From Antedon mediterranea (lineage: Eukaryota > Animalia > Echinodermata): DNA of 64,000 nucleotides. The stretch's first letter is position 1. Every line of letters starts with the position of its first letter. The stretch covers positions 9,773,888 through 9,837,887 of the forward strand of contig NC_092676.1 in the NCBI RefSeq assembly GCF_964355755.1, given 5' to 3'. Below are positions 20,075-34,028 of this stretch, piece after piece. Under the pieces are notes generated by a model. It saw nothing but the letters and a program-made list of their open reading frames with translations. It ran no database searches and was not told the origin of the DNA. The translations under genes were made by a program, and so were the position numbers.

Positions 20075-20302
20075 TTATAACAAGGCAATCAAACAACAGA
20101 GCTCCAGAGATCAAAGGGTTTATCTGTGGCTGTGACATGATCAGTTCCTTGCCCCTAACAGACAACATGCTGCAGGGAATATGTACATAGTACAGTACTG
20201 TTGGTATTTGTCGCATCCAGACATAAGATCAAAGTACTGTTACGAGTTCCTATCTTGGCAAGACAAGTTCAATGTCCTGTTGTTAGATTGCCTTGGTTAT
20301 AA
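20075..20302. mobile_element. Small inverted-repeat element in the probable DRAM 3' UTR
   Basis: TTATAACAAGGCAATCAAACAACAG pairs with CTGTTGTTAGATTGCCTTGGTTATAA. Confidence 0.65.
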
Positions 20303-21989
20303 TAATAATGTTGTTTTGTAAGTATGGCATGATTTTTAAGTTTTGAGCACTCCCTACATAATACACCACTGCTGGATGATACTGTACATGAATAAGATGT
20401 ATTTTATAAACATAATGACACATTAGTTTGAAGTGTTTATTGTTAATTGCATGTCAATAACAATTGTTAGCCCTGAACAATATTGACCACCAACCCAAAA
20501 TTTGATCAAATCTAGTGGGACATTTTGATTTTTTTTAAGTTGATTGAACATTAACATTTTTAGTTTAAATGAATGAGAAATTCCTGTATAGTGCCCTCAA
20601 TTTTTGATTTGACATTTTGGTCCAGTGTAGTTTTCTATTTGCTGACATGTTATTTATTATTTTACATGTAGATATAGTATCGGTACAGAGAGGTATTATT
20701 TACGGTAGTTTTACTTAGTGTAAACTGGCAGTACACAAATAATCATAAGGTTCAGTTTTAAATTTTTTTTTATTTTGATAGCCATTTCAAAAAGAATCCG
20801 TGGACAAGCTGACCAAAAACTGTTTTTTATTAGACCTTTTAGTTTAGTTTACATATGTTTATTGTGTGAAATATTTATTTTCACAGTATCATTACCAGTA
20901 AAATAAACATTCAAAGCCAAATATACAGACAACTATAAAACGTAAGACGTACGACATGATAGTCATGTCAAAAGTAGCTTACTGTAGCGCGGTTAAACCA
21001 GGACATAAACCCTGGTTAAACTTGATTTTAAGACTATAATCTAAAGTTTGATTCTTACTAGGACGCAACGCAAGTACGTAAGCGCAACGCAAGTAATTTG
21101 GCTGTCACGCGTCGACGCGATGTTCGTTTTGTACTTTACAATTTTAAAATAATCATGTTTAAAAACATCGAGAAAAACATGCTACAAGTTTTGCTTTTAA
21201 TGTCCGTTTAAAAAAGTTCTTTTCTCTTCTTTTATTTTTATTTTATTTTATCATATTTATTTTGTCGCCTTAGTCCCCTAAAGAAGAAACAAATCATAAA
21301 ACGCAGTATTCTTATCTTCGTTTAAGTAATTTAAATTGTCATGATATGTGCACTACTAAAAAATAAGATATTTTTTTTAACATAGAAGAACGTTTAAGGT
21401 TGTCATCTTATTCTATATCATTCTACTCTAACTGAAATAAATATTTATATCCTACGATATAAGTGTACCATGTTTCAAAAGCATGTAAGAGGTTTAAGTT
21501 TGTTTTGTTAATGTCTCTGTTTAAAACAGTTTCTCTTTTTTTTCTACGCATTATTCTAATAAAGTATGTTTACAAATTCGGTTGAGAAATAAATTTAAAT
21601 TAAGGAATAAATTTAAATTTATACAGATCAATTTCCTGTGTATGATGTTATTGACTTACTTTGCTTAGTTTTCTGTAGTTCCTGTTGCAAAGTGAAACCA
21701 TTCGTATTTTGATCGAAGGAAATTATATTCTCTTGTGTGGTACATAGGCATCTAAGGAACTTGCATATAAAACGTATTGTACAATCCTATTGTATTTTTA
21801 CACTCATAAATTTAAAGATGAAAAACATCTTATTTTGGCATTAAGGAGACATGCGTTGGGTGGTACAATTGTGAATTGGTTATACTTGTAATACTGTATG
21901 AATTGATAGTGTATTTATTTTTGTAAACAAGGGTATGATTTGAAAAAGTTTCTGCGAATATAATTATACACGCAGTTTGACTGTGCAAC

Positions 21990-22121
21990 GCCAGGACACC
22001 ATATTTTGTTTGTCGATTTGAGACCGTATGCCGAGTTCAATACGAGTTTGTGAACATTCGACACAAACATATAAAAGTGGATGGTCTCAACTCGAGATAG
22101 GCCTAATTATGTTCGTCCTGG
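21990..22121. mobile_element. Small imperfect inverted-repeat element (MITE-like)
   Basis: GCCAGGAC...TGAGACC at the left end mirrors GGTCTCA...GTCCTGGC at the right end. Confidence 0.5.
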
Positions 22122-23812
22122 CCTGCCATGTAAGGAAGACAGCTTAAGGCAGACCATCTTCCACGTAGATTCTATCATTTTATATTAGCGTTTCATTTTA
22201 CATTTTTTTGTTTTATGTTACAATAAAAACGTTAATGTCAAAACAGCGTACAATCCACCTAAAACCAATTCCGTGAGAACTATAAACGTCGTTTAATATC
22301 ATCTGACCACCAGCCTCAAGAAACTGTAACTAAAGAAGACCAATAACAAACATAGGGACAATTAATTATGTTCATTTAACTAATACTGTAATCGATCAAC
22401 ATTTTAGATATTATAACCTGCATCAAATTAAAGATAGTTATCGTTAATGATAACATAACATTTAGTGACGTCATAAAAGCAACTGACTAGCTTTTATGAT
22501 ATAATTTATTTATTCTTTGGTAATTTTCTTTTATATTGAATGTATAGGGCTTATTATTTCTCTGTTTAATTAAAACATTCAATTATTTCACAGCTCGTGA
22601 GTGGCAATGTACGTGTACCTACAATAATGATTTTTGGTCCAAGAGAATACATTTTTCTTGTTTTATCACGACGTCATAAAATAATGAATGGTTGTGCGTA
22701 AAAACGTCATATCAGATTAAGCGATCAGTCTAATCTTCGGTGGTGATCTAAGTACAACAACCATTTCCATAGTACTCCTCATCAATTATTTTCTATTACC
22801 CTAAAGTCAATAAGAGGTTGGAATTACACGTCTAAATCCAATATTTAAGTTAGCCCTGATCAATTTACATGGTAGGCCTAAGTATTACAATCATAGTCAT
22901 GATACGTTGAGATTTTACCTGGCTGTTCTTATTTTCAGGTTTACAACTTAATCCAGTGTAATAAAAAAAATGTCTTTTCACACGTCTGATTATTAAATTA
23001 TCACCCAAATTTCAAATGGTTTTTGCAAAGCTTCGGGGTATTTTGTTACCTCCCAAATTGGTATGATTATTGTATTCGCTTATCTCGCATCGCATTTCAT
23101 GTCAACTGTTCAAGACTCGGCAATGATTACGTTAATCATCAATCATTTCAGCTTAAATATTTGCTTTTCGCTGAAAAAACTTTGCGCAATTTCGCTAAAT
23201 TGTTCTTTTCATCTTACATTTTATTTTATTATAATTACTATGACTTAGAACATATTACAATTATTTTTTAATATTTGTATTGGCCATTCATATACGATTT
23301 TGTTTAAGTTTTATAAATATTTCACCTAAGGGGACAGTTTTTCAAACTAGGTTGTAGGACTTTGTATAGTGGATTATGAGTTGGCACAGTTTTGCCGAGA
23401 ATTAGTAAAACGTATCAGAACGCTTATTTTGTGTCCACGCGAAACATTCATGGCTAACGGAACGATATAATAATATATCTCTAAATTAGAAAGAAAACCG
23501 ACAAAATAACTATTGTAGTATTGATTTAGTGATCTCGTTGCAATTTAGTGCTAAATTGAGGACCACACTTTCTCAAATTATGTGATCCAGCGTTATCATA
23601 AGTAGGTATAATTGTCCACTATAGCCTATTTTTTGCGCGAATTTCTATCAATCACTTTTGCGACGGTTGAAAACCATTCCAGAAATTTTTATGTTTCACG
23701 CGAAGACACCTAGGGAAAATATAAAATTTGAAGTTCAACAAAAACAGAAGAAAAAACCTGTTCTTCTAATTTCATAGCGCCCTCTACGTTCCTCATTTAA
23801 AAATTGACTTAA

Positions 23813-24069
23813 AGATGTATTGTCCCCCTGAAAATTTTAATGTAACATAATAGTTATCCACTTTGACCAAAAATTGGATCAGAAAAAATGTATTTACCTG
23901 AAAAAAATTGTAATTTAATTTAACCATTTACCATTTTAAGTGAAAACATTATTTTTTTTCATTTTTTGTTCTAAGGAAGTGATTAAGTTTATTAAAACTA
24001 AAAAATAACATATTCATAGTCTGATTTAATTAATATTCATTTTACATGTTTTTGGGGGACAATACATCT
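23813..24069. mobile_element. TTAA-flanked MITE (Kolobok/T2-like), subfamily A
   Basis: TTAA|AGATGTATTGTCCCCC ... GGGGGACAATACATCT|TTAA; perfect 16-bp TIR. Confidence 0.88.
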
Positions 24070-24094
24070 TTAAGTGAATGTTATCGAAACTTAA

Positions 24095-24464
24095 AGATGT
24101 ATTGTCCCTTTGACAAATTCCAAAAAAAATATAAAAAAAAGATTTCGAAAAACTGAATCATTTTGAAGTATCATAATAGTTACTAGCTTTCACCAAAAAT
24201 TAGTCTTCTCTGACGAGTTGTAAACAATCCCAATTAACATACATAATGCATACTCGTGGTTTGAAATCTTTGTTTACTTTCGCTCGCGACAATTTTCCAG
24301 ATGAAATGTAATCAAACTAATTTACCTGTTAATTACGTAAACTTGTTGTTTTTGGCTCAAATTTTCGGCTTAAAGTGAATAACTTTAATATTACTTTGAT
24401 ATGGCCAATTTAAATTTAAAATATTTTTACCCCCCTTTTTTTTGTTTCAAGGGACAATACATCT
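24095..24464. mobile_element. TTAA-flanked MITE (Kolobok/T2-like), subfamily B
   Basis: TTAA|AGATGTATTGTCCCTT ... AAGGGACAATACATCT|TTAA; the interior matches 50-308. Confidence 0.88.
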
Positions 24465-26228
24465 TTAATGTCAAATAGTGGAAATTAGCAACATTAAATG
24501 ATTTTACTTCTATGTAAATCCGACGGAAGTAAATGTTTTCGAAATAGCCTGTAGGCTGACAATTGCGAACCGACTCATAATAAACAGGATATTAACATGA
24601 TCAAGTTATTTTTAAACATTTTGCGAAGAATGAACATTTTAGATGAAATCAAATCGTATTATCGCGCCCCTCCATAGCCTAAGATAAGAGAGGCTGAACA
24701 CGTTGAGGGTAATTTAGCTTTGTTTCATTGTTTTGTTATTTCACTGTTTTTAAGCTACGGTAGTTTAACGTGGAATTTAAAATGCACACTCTCAAATTGG
24801 AACAATTGAAAAAAATATAAGAAGACAATATAAAAATATAAAATAAAAAATTGGGTTGGGAACACAATTCTATTTTGAGAACGGAGAGGGCGGGTTTTTC
24901 AACCTCTTTGATCAAGCACCCTTTCTGTTACAACGATCACATTAAGTTGAAGACAATTTTTCTTATTTTCCATCAACGATTTGCATCCTAACACGACAAA
25001 ATTTTTACAAGTAAGTTTTCTAACAATCCAGATAATATAATATAAACAATAAGTTTGATACGCATTCAACAGTATTATTTTCTTGTAGGTAGGTAGGTCG
25101 TTCGTCTTCCTTTAGTGTGATTCTTCCATATTTCCTATGATATTTCATTAATTTGATAAGAAACCCAAGCAAGTTAATGACACCATCACCTGTTTTCTTA
25201 GCTAGCCACTGTCTGTGAAACATGTTCATGTTCCTATAGGCCTACATATCTGTTTATTTCCACATAAACTTTACGAATGTTTATATTTTGGCGGCAGCAT
25301 CATCCGACGCGTCCGAGAAATCACAACCATTACTGAGAAATGTGTTTACATTAGACCTGTTTAGAAAGTATGTTAGAAATATGCCTATGGTTTAGCCTAG
25401 GCTTTTATTTTTAGAAGGAAATTCTCTCTTATCTCTCAAGTGCCTCGGGTAATCGCGGCAGAAGTCTACCTAGAAATCATGTTTAAAGAAATATAGTAAG
25501 CCTTATGGTTTGGGCATTTACTTTCTGAAAATAATAATAAACGAAACACTCTCTCGCGCCTCAAACCTTTGATTCTGTCCATTTTGCTTTTATCATTGCA
25601 AGGATTTTATTTTAAATTGACGGGACTCGAGGGAGCTCGAGTGATGCCCGGTTGTAAGACAGAACAGGCCACGTGATTAAATTCATGTCCTTATGATTTC
25701 TATTTCTGGAGTATCTCTATCCACTATGACTTCCTGCCGTCTTAAACATGACAGAAGTAAAAATAGAAACAATGATAACAAGTATATGATTCATGAAATA
25801 GGTGCATAATGTTACTCAAACACATTCAGATATGGATTATAATTTCATCTATCATTTCTATTTTCAATCAACATTAAAGGGAATATCTAGAATTAACATT
25901 TATATTAAATATAATATCAACATTTGTTGTTATTTTTATTCTAAGATAAAAATAAAGCATATACAATAAGTATGATAATATAATGTGATACGAAATAAGC
26001 ACTTTAAACATACCGTAACAAAATTGAACAAATAGTGTACAAAGAAACAAATAAAAAAAATGTGATTTTCTGTTATGTGTTAAGATATGCATTAATATTA
26101 ATATGCTTATATAAAATTTAAAAAATATATAAAAACGAAAATAAATACAGATAATAATTTTAAAAATATATTAAATTATTATCTAAAATTCGTAATCTAT
26201 TAAGTTAATGTTTATGTAAAGTTTTTAA

Positions 26229-26507
26229 AGAATTATTGTCCCCTAAAACATGAAAAATTAAGATTAATAAATGATTTTCAATAAGCCAATAAAAAATAAA
26301 GTTAATCACTTCCATAGAAAACCATAAAAATTAATGTTTCAGTCATAAAACGATTAAATTCAACCAAAACCCCATTGACTTCCAGTCAATTTGACCATTT
26401 TTTCGTTTTAATTTTTTTTCCAGCTAAATCATTTTCTGTTCAGTCCAATTTTTGGTCAGGCCTATTCATTAAATTGGTTTTTTCCAAGAAGGACAATAAT
26501 TATATCT
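26229..26507. mobile_element. Older copy of TTAA MITE subfamily A, inverted
   Basis: TTAA|AGAATTATTGTCCCC ... GGACAATAATTATATCT|TTAA; interior blocks (TTAATCACTTCC, TCCAATTTTTGGTCA) are reverse complements of 23813-24069. Confidence 0.72.
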
Positions 26508-27625
26508 TTAATATTGTATTGATTACTCAAATTATTATGTAAATACCCCTCATCCCCTCCTCTTCGTTCTATCCTATCTTTTTATGAATAAAAGTTATCC
26601 ATTAGATAAAATAAACAAGAGCAATACATTACATTTTCTAGTTTAAAAAAAGGTGGAAAAGAGTATGGTCAGAACAACCAGGTAATGGTGGTTCTCCAAA
26701 AAAAAAACACAGTAGGCTTATAATCAATATAATTAGGCCTAACTTATAACCAGGTCAACCGAATAATGTGGTTGTTTCGTCAGATTATTAGTATACATGT
26801 CTCGCTATGTAAAGATATAGTGCGAAGTGTGTTAAATGTTAAATAGTTACAGTACAAATTACTACGGTAATTCATTATCGTTCTACACCTCCCCCACCCC
26901 AACAAATCTATGTTGAAATTACATCGACGATTATTATTATTCTAGCCTAAAGAGAAACGCTACCCCAAAGCTATTCCCTTTTAAGCTAACGAAACCTTTG
27001 CTTTTCTAAAATTGGATAGCATACTGTTATCTTTCTGAAATATGAATGTATCATCAATCAACACTTTCAATTGAATGTTACTCTTTCTCCTGACTATACT
27101 ATTAACTAATTATAAACTCATTTTAAAGTTAATTGTGTTACTAAATTTAGATGCTGCTGTTCCAAGAGTTTAGTAGAAATAAAGTTAACTGTAAGTTTAC
27201 TTACTTTTAAAATATCGTTCACTTATTGTGAAGTAATGTTTCAAAAGTTAAATTAAACACTGTTTTAAGTATAATGATATTTGCACCAACATATAAAATT
27301 AATATAGGCTAGAGAAAAGTCTGAAATAAAGCTGTTTAACAAAGACATTAATTGTAGAATAAAAAATGATTAAAATGTTTAGCACTAGTGCTACGCACTG
27401 TGTAATCACCATGTATTATTAGAAAAAATTGAAAAATAATAATATAACTTTAAATTAGATTAATTAAATGGTTTTTACTTTTAAAAATGTTAAATAGTAA
27501 AAAGTAGGTTTTACGACTGAATTGGATTTTGTATCATTATTTTGATTTATAGATTTTTTTTTTTAATTGATTTTAAAAGATCTTTATTTTGTTATTTAGT
27601 CTTACAACAGTAATTAAGAAAGATT

Positions 27626-28270
27626 GGCCCATTTATACTAGGACGATAACGATAACGATAACGAGCGACGAATCATTTATACTAGGACGATAACGAGCGA
27701 CGAATCATTTATACTAGGACGATAACGACCGACGAATCATTTATACTAGGACGATAACGACCGACGAATCATTTAATTTATTCCATCAATTAAAAACATT
27801 ATAATACAATACAAATAAACCGTAAAAAACCCCATGACAGGATTAAACACACGCAAAATTAACTGTTTTCTAAATTTTCTCCGCCGTCACGATAAATTTG
27901 CATTTTTCCTACATTAAGTACAAGAAATCTAAAAAGTTTCACCATAGAACTATAAGATAACCACTATGCTGATTTGATGAATACCAGTATAATATTTGCA
28001 TATGTTTATTAAAATGACGTCATGATTAGTAAGAGCAAAATTTCGTGACAATACAATGATGTTATTGTTCTTATTGATCGTGGCGTCATTTGATTTGATT
28101 TATAAAAAAAATATCATTGGTATCGAAGACAAATGGTTATTCTATGACAATGACAACTTCTTTTATTTTCTTTGAGCGATGAATAGTTCTAAGATGAAAA
28201 CTTTTTTTATTTAAGAAAAATGTACCTTTATTTTTTTATACCGTCGATGGTCGTTAGTGTAAATGGGCCT
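27626..28270. mobile_element. PIF/Harbinger-like MITE with a tandemly amplified left end
   Basis: TIRs GGCCCATTTATACTA and TAGTGTAAATGGGCC(T), the right one followed by TAA. Confidence 0.65.
27630..27773 (+). repeat. 32-bp minisatellite, 4 copies
   Basis: Unit CATTTATACTAGGACGATAACGA(G/C)CGACGAAT; the first copy has two extra GATAAC. Confidence 0.95.
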
Positions 28271-29293
28271 TAATAATAATTATTATAAGTTAAATTCACC
28301 ACTTCGTCGTCCGATTTAACTATTTTAAATAATTTAATCTACCACTGCTTAATCATTGTCTAATTGCCATTGCATATCTATATTAGAATTAAAAGCATCT
28401 TTAGTCATTTTACAAATGGAGCGATACACCGATTGATTAGGCCTATCGAGGCTTAACTATGATTAATGTATTGACCGGTTGATTTTAGAAAAGTAGGCTC
28501 ATTTAAAGTGTTTCCTGTTGTTTGTACGCTGATTCCAATCCAGATTGAACCCTGACTTTTTTCATTCCCACGTGTCATTACTCATCATATAAAAAACGTC
28601 GAATTATTAGAACTAGAAAGATATTTAGACCATGATAATTACGGAAAATAATAATTAATATTTGCCGCAAGGTTAATCCAATCCAGGTTAATCGAAATTT
28701 AAGTGTAAACATCCTCATTTTGTTCATCATGACCACACTGGCGGCAACCCATCTACAGTTCGCCAGACTAGTAGTGGGCTTATGGTTCGCATAGGACGGG
28801 TCTTGTTAATCCCCTGTGTCTTGCGTACTGTAATCTGGGTTTTGGATTGCTTCATCACGTCATGTGCGAAGTACTCATAATCTACCCTCGTCAATTATCA
28901 TTAAAAGTTTGTCGTTTGCTTTGACCCACTTTTAATCCTGACTTTCAATTTACTTATATTATTTTATTTACTCTGCCTTCCTTCAATAATATCAATAATT
29001 ATGTTTATTTTCTCCAAATTATGATTTTGGTCCTCGATTATAACTTGCTACTTTAAAATAGATTTTGTAGTTTAATATTATTAATGCATTTAATCTTAAA
29101 AATGCTAATTGTAAAAGGTTTTTATTTTCAAATTAATAATAACATTAAGTTAAGTGTATGCCTACGCAATTTTCTAAAATATTTTTGCTGTCATTATTTT
29201 GTTTATTTAACGCTCGCATTACATTATCATCCTGTAATATTAATTGATTAAATGGGTTATCTTTTAAAAATCGTCAACTAAAACGATTATTTT

Positions 29294-29356
29294 GATAGGA
29301 TAGGATAGGATAGGATAGGATAGGATAGGATAGGATAGGATAGGATAGGATAGGAT
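29294..29356 (+). repeat. (GATAG)n microsatellite, ~12 copies
   Basis: Directly visible perfect array. Confidence 0.98.
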
Positions 29357-29510
29357 CGAGAAATGCCCTTTTCACTCGAGCCCCTATGAGTTATGCTCTG
29401 GTGAGCTCTTATATGGTATGGGAGCTTCAAGGTGATGGAGAACGAGCGGTGTAAACGATTACTCTGCTTCTTCTTCATTTTGTGGTTATCTTAGGATGGA
29501 TCGCTTTTTG

Positions 29511-29575
29511 TGTAAAGCGCTTAGAAACATTGTATTAGGCGCTATTTGAGACTATTATTAATCATTATTATTATT
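29511..29575 (+). mobile_element. L2-type 3' tail (LINE or SINE remnant)
   Basis: TGTAAAGCGCTTAGAAAC...TTAGGCGCTAT followed by (ATT)n-like repeats, the usual L2 terminal stem-loop. Confidence 0.6.
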
Positions 29576-30102
29576 TCAATAACAAATATTCTATTTCTGA
29601 GTATTTTAAAAAATGGCCACTGTTAAAAAATTTTCTAATTAAATGTTTTACTATTATTACTCATATTGCATTTGTATTATTCTATTCTTTATTGATGATC
29701 TAATAAAATCGATCTTTCGTTCTTTCCGTCCTTCTTCTTCTTCTCTTATTCTAATATTTCCGTCTTTTTTTCTTTCTCTCTTTCAAATTCAAAAACAAAA
29801 AATCTCCGTGCCAATTTTACAACAAAAAAACATATACAGTTTCGGACTGAATTTTATTTTGGAAAATGATTTTTAATTCGGGTAACTTTGTTGACTTTGA
29901 TTAGGCATTTAACTATTATACAGGAAGATTGAGAGTATTATAATATTCTCTTTGCTCATTGTAATGGAAAGAAAGAAAAGCTTGATGATTTTAATGAAAC
30001 CAAGTCCAGTAGAGATAACAGACACCTCTAAAGCTTTATACGATTCATGGTATGTCCTAGTTTAAAATAATTTAAACAATTACATTGTTTTGTTAAAGTT
30101 TA

Positions 30103-30335
30103 GCTGTAGCATGGTGGTTAACGTGCTTTCCTTCCAATCCCAAGGTCTATGGTTCAATACTGACCTACAGTGCCAGGGTTGTAACTCACGACTCTTTCAA
30201 CTCCACTCCCTAAGCCTCAAATGAGACTTAGTTTATAAGCACGATAAGCATGATAATTCTAATAGTTTATCTATCCCGTAATTGGCGAGTTTCTCGCTGT
30301 TAGATGCGTGAATTGGAAAGACATGTAAATTTCAT
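30103..30335 (+). mobile_element. tRNA-derived SINE
   Basis: A-box TAGCATGGTGG (30107-30117) and B-box GGTTCAATAC (30151-30160) at tRNA spacing, no closing acceptor stem, then a non-tRNA body. Confidence 0.6.
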
Positions 30336-33274
30336 TTTTTTATACTAATTTTGTCTATTAATTTGTTCATTTAGCTTACCTAACTACTCCGTTTTATTGT
30401 TTTATTTTGAATTAATCTTCATATCTTTTAACAATATTATAGGCTATCTACTTAATAAAAATATTACATTAGGCTTATAGTGAAGACTTTTTCCGCTCAT
30501 ACACACGATTAAACATTAACGCACCTAAAATAGACTTGCCGCTTTAAATGTGAAAGAATAAGCTTCTAATAAAATTAAAGGCTACAAAATCAAAAACTTC
30601 ACATCGATTCGGAAATAACAATTAAGCAATCGGAATACATAAGCTATTTTCATGCTAAGTACACATCACATACTCTGATTTTAGGACGCTTACTTATTAA
30701 CTCGCGACACTGCGTTGGCGTTCAACGAACCGATTGAATAGTGAGTAGGAAGCGAATACTTGCGAGTAGCCACACAAGTAATTTTGCACTCTAATGTCTC
30801 CGAAGGGTCCAATTGAAGTATTCTCCAATCATTCCGTAATGGCTCTCTTGTTTTGATGCTTTCTGTATTCTGTTGCACTAACGATATGACTTTTTGGAAT
30901 TATTTTAAACGATATCTTTTACGGTCACAGTTGAAACCAAGCTTTTTGCAACAAAAGCTGCAATACTAGGAAAGACCCGGAGAGACGCTACAATTTGCAC
31001 AACAGCCCCCTCTCTAGTGATTTACGAGTTTACATTTCTCCATCGTAGAATTAAAACCTGAGTAATATTTCAAACGATGAAAAATAAATCTTTACCTTCA
31101 AATCTAAACAACAAGCACAATAATCAACATTTGTCATTCTAATATAACTCATTTAGGCCTATATATTATTTCTCCATTTCTTTCTAATAGTAGTAGGCCT
31201 ACCGGTAATATTTTTTTTCTTTTTTAGCTCTCACTTTTGCTAATTGTCTTCTTCTAAAACTCATTTATTATTATGTTTCTCCACTTTCTCCTCCTTCTAA
31301 ATATCCTCATAAATTATTCTTCATTTTAATTCTTCATCTGGATTACTATTCTTCTTTGTAATTTATATTATCTTCTTCGTATTATTCTTTAATTTTTACT
31401 TGTTTTCTGGGGACACTCTTCAACACTTTCAAGATCCATGTGGCGCTTCATAGGCTTATAACCTTTTTTTTTTCTTTTTTTTTTCATCTCAGTTCAAAAT
31501 TGAAAGTCTTTCTTCTATTTTATATGTTTTTAAACTGTGATGCGATACAAAAGTAATCTTCCTCCTTCTTTTCTACTGTAAACAAACATTAAACGACATC
31601 GTTGTCAAAATGGTGATTACGTTTGTAAACCACAAACGTATGCTTTTAATCGGAATATTGTTCTACTCTTAATAGCTTGCTCTAGATACCAGATCGGAAC
31701 CTCCTCATCCATATGATCATGATCTTATTAACAACCGGATATGTTTTATACAAATAATAATGATATCATTATATCCATTACAACATCAGTTCTGGAAGCG
31801 AATGGAGCCGCTTAAAAACACACTACCCGAAGCTAATTTGGCACCAATTAACTACTTTAAGGGTTGCTTTGTTTAATATTAAGCATTTTCATTAGTTAAT
31901 TATTACAAGAAAACATAGCTTGTCGCCAGTCACAAAAATATTATTTAAAGAAGAGTCTGTTGAACATTTTTTTAAAGGGCATGGTAAATCATCTTCGCTT
32001 TCGCAAATAAAAAGTTAAAAAGAAGAGTTCGTAAACTCTGTTTGTTCATGTACTACGAAAATTACAGCTCCCCCCCCCCCCAAGCTGTTTATCTTGGGGG
32101 TTTGCAAGTAAGCTTAGTATTCTTAAACATTGGTAAATGTTTACATTTTAATGTTGGTTATTTTTAATATGTTTTCAAGATTCATTGACTTGGTAAAATG
32201 AGTTTGGTTCGGCGAAAAATTATTACTATTATTAAGTAGACCATATGAATGTGTTCGCTTGAGGTTTATGCGAACATTTCTACAACTTTAGACCAAAGAG
32301 TTGAACCCACGAGCGTGGCACTATAATACCAAATTGAAGGGGACAAGAAATTGTTGATGCGTTTTCTTTCTATCAATCAGGCGCCTGAGCAAGTCGTCAA
32401 CTTGGTCAAGTCCATTAGCAAAACCATTATTACAAATCCAATGATTTACTGGCAACTTTAACGTTTGTCTCAAACGAAAAGTGACATTTCTATGTGTAGG
32501 ATAGACAAGATTACACAAACCGTTTTCATAATTTCTATTTGTTATTATGTCATCATTCAACACCATAACGTCTTGTTGATATTTGTGTGGAATCATCGCT
32601 ATTCCAAACTTAATAACATTTTAGCTTATTAACAGAACTCCTGGATTCGGGAAAGTGGTTCCGGATAAAACAACATTTAAAAGTCGTAACTGCAAAATAA
32701 ACCAATTAGGCCGCTGTGTACATAATTCCGCGATATAAATTGTAAAATGCTAATTCTTTTCCTTATGACTTATTTATTTTTAAAAATAATGTTTCTTCTG
32801 ACTTAGGAGCATGCAACCGGGCCGGGCTTTATGAAATCCGTGACAATAATTATAAAGGACTAAGATATAAGTTGTTTCAAAATGTTTAAATAACTCTGAA
32901 ACTCTTCGATAAGGTATCATGTATTTCTGCACATTTTGCTAATATTTATTACATGAAATGTTGTACAAATAATTTTAGGAGTTCAATGGTACAAATAATT
33001 TTGTAAAGTCTGAAAGGAATATTTTAAGCCCAAGAGGCTAGACCAATGCCTTAACCATTCTCCAATCAAATTACAAGTATCTACTCAGGTATATTGTAGG
33101 AGCGAAAAACCACAAAACGTATTTCCGTAAATCTTCGAACACTCCGCCTAATTTATATAAAATAATATAAAATACAAAATGATGATTTAAAATAAATAGG
33201 AGAACGGAAAAAACTATGCACCCAAATCCAATGCATTTTAATGATATTTTGCTGAAATTGATGCTGTTCCGTTA

Positions 33275-33442
33275 AGCTCTGTCCACACTATCAAACTAGT
33301 TTGACAAAAAAAAGTGTGATATGCCCAAATAGGGGAGTGATATGCTTAAATATGGTAGTGATATGACATCATCGTGTCCATATAATTATGGACACATCAC
33401 ATTTTTTTTTGTAACATAAAATTTGATAGTTTAGACAAGGCT
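33275..33442. mobile_element. PIF/Harbinger-like (Tourist-type) MITE
   Basis: TTA|AGCTCTGTCCACACTATCAAA ... TTTGATAGTTTAGACAAGGCT|TTA; the inverted match extends through AAAAAAAGTGTGAT / ATCACATTTTTTT. Confidence 0.8.
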
Positions 33443-34028
33443 TTATAAAATGGTAGGCCTCATAAACCCCTCAGCATGGTCAAAGTGTACCTTACCTAAT
33501 CACTGTTCGTTTTTTGTGAGAGAGCATTGATTAACTCGATGGACTAATTCATTTTGTTACAGGGTGTAGTCGTATACTCCATCATGATGTGCATGTGTTT
33601 CCTTGTATGATATGATTTTGTATTAAAATAAAGACACTCAATACTAAGCTAAAAAAGGTATTAGAATTTACAAATTTAATCAGCAATATGAAATATATAT
33701 TTTCTAAATATTAATTTTAACATGGTGTGTAAATATGAATTTCAATCATGCTAATATTATTACGCCACTTTCTTCTAGTTCTTCCGGTTCTCTTACATAG
33801 TTTGAGATTGTAAATAAAGTAGTCTGCTTATTTACAATAGAAACAACCAATCACACGACATGAACAAAATCACATCTTTAAATTGACATCTAACCTTCAA
33901 AATAATGGTAGAGTCTAATTAAGTTTTTGGCTACACGGAACGCGAGTTATTGAAGGTAAACGGCAAAGAAAACCTTACCGGGTTAGCACGTTCATTTTTT
34001 TTACGGTGGATAACATACACGAATAGTT

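Noticed and set aside
27630-27773. CRISPR-like array
   Set aside because: Units are head-to-tail with no unique spacers, there are no cas genes, and the context is eukaryotic.
29287-29478. ORF with repeated SYPIL
   Set aside because: Translation of the (GATAG)n microsatellite.
30103-30175. Functional tRNA gene (also 41355-41425)
   Set aside because: A and B boxes are present, but acceptor and anticodon stems do not pair; SINE heads fit better.
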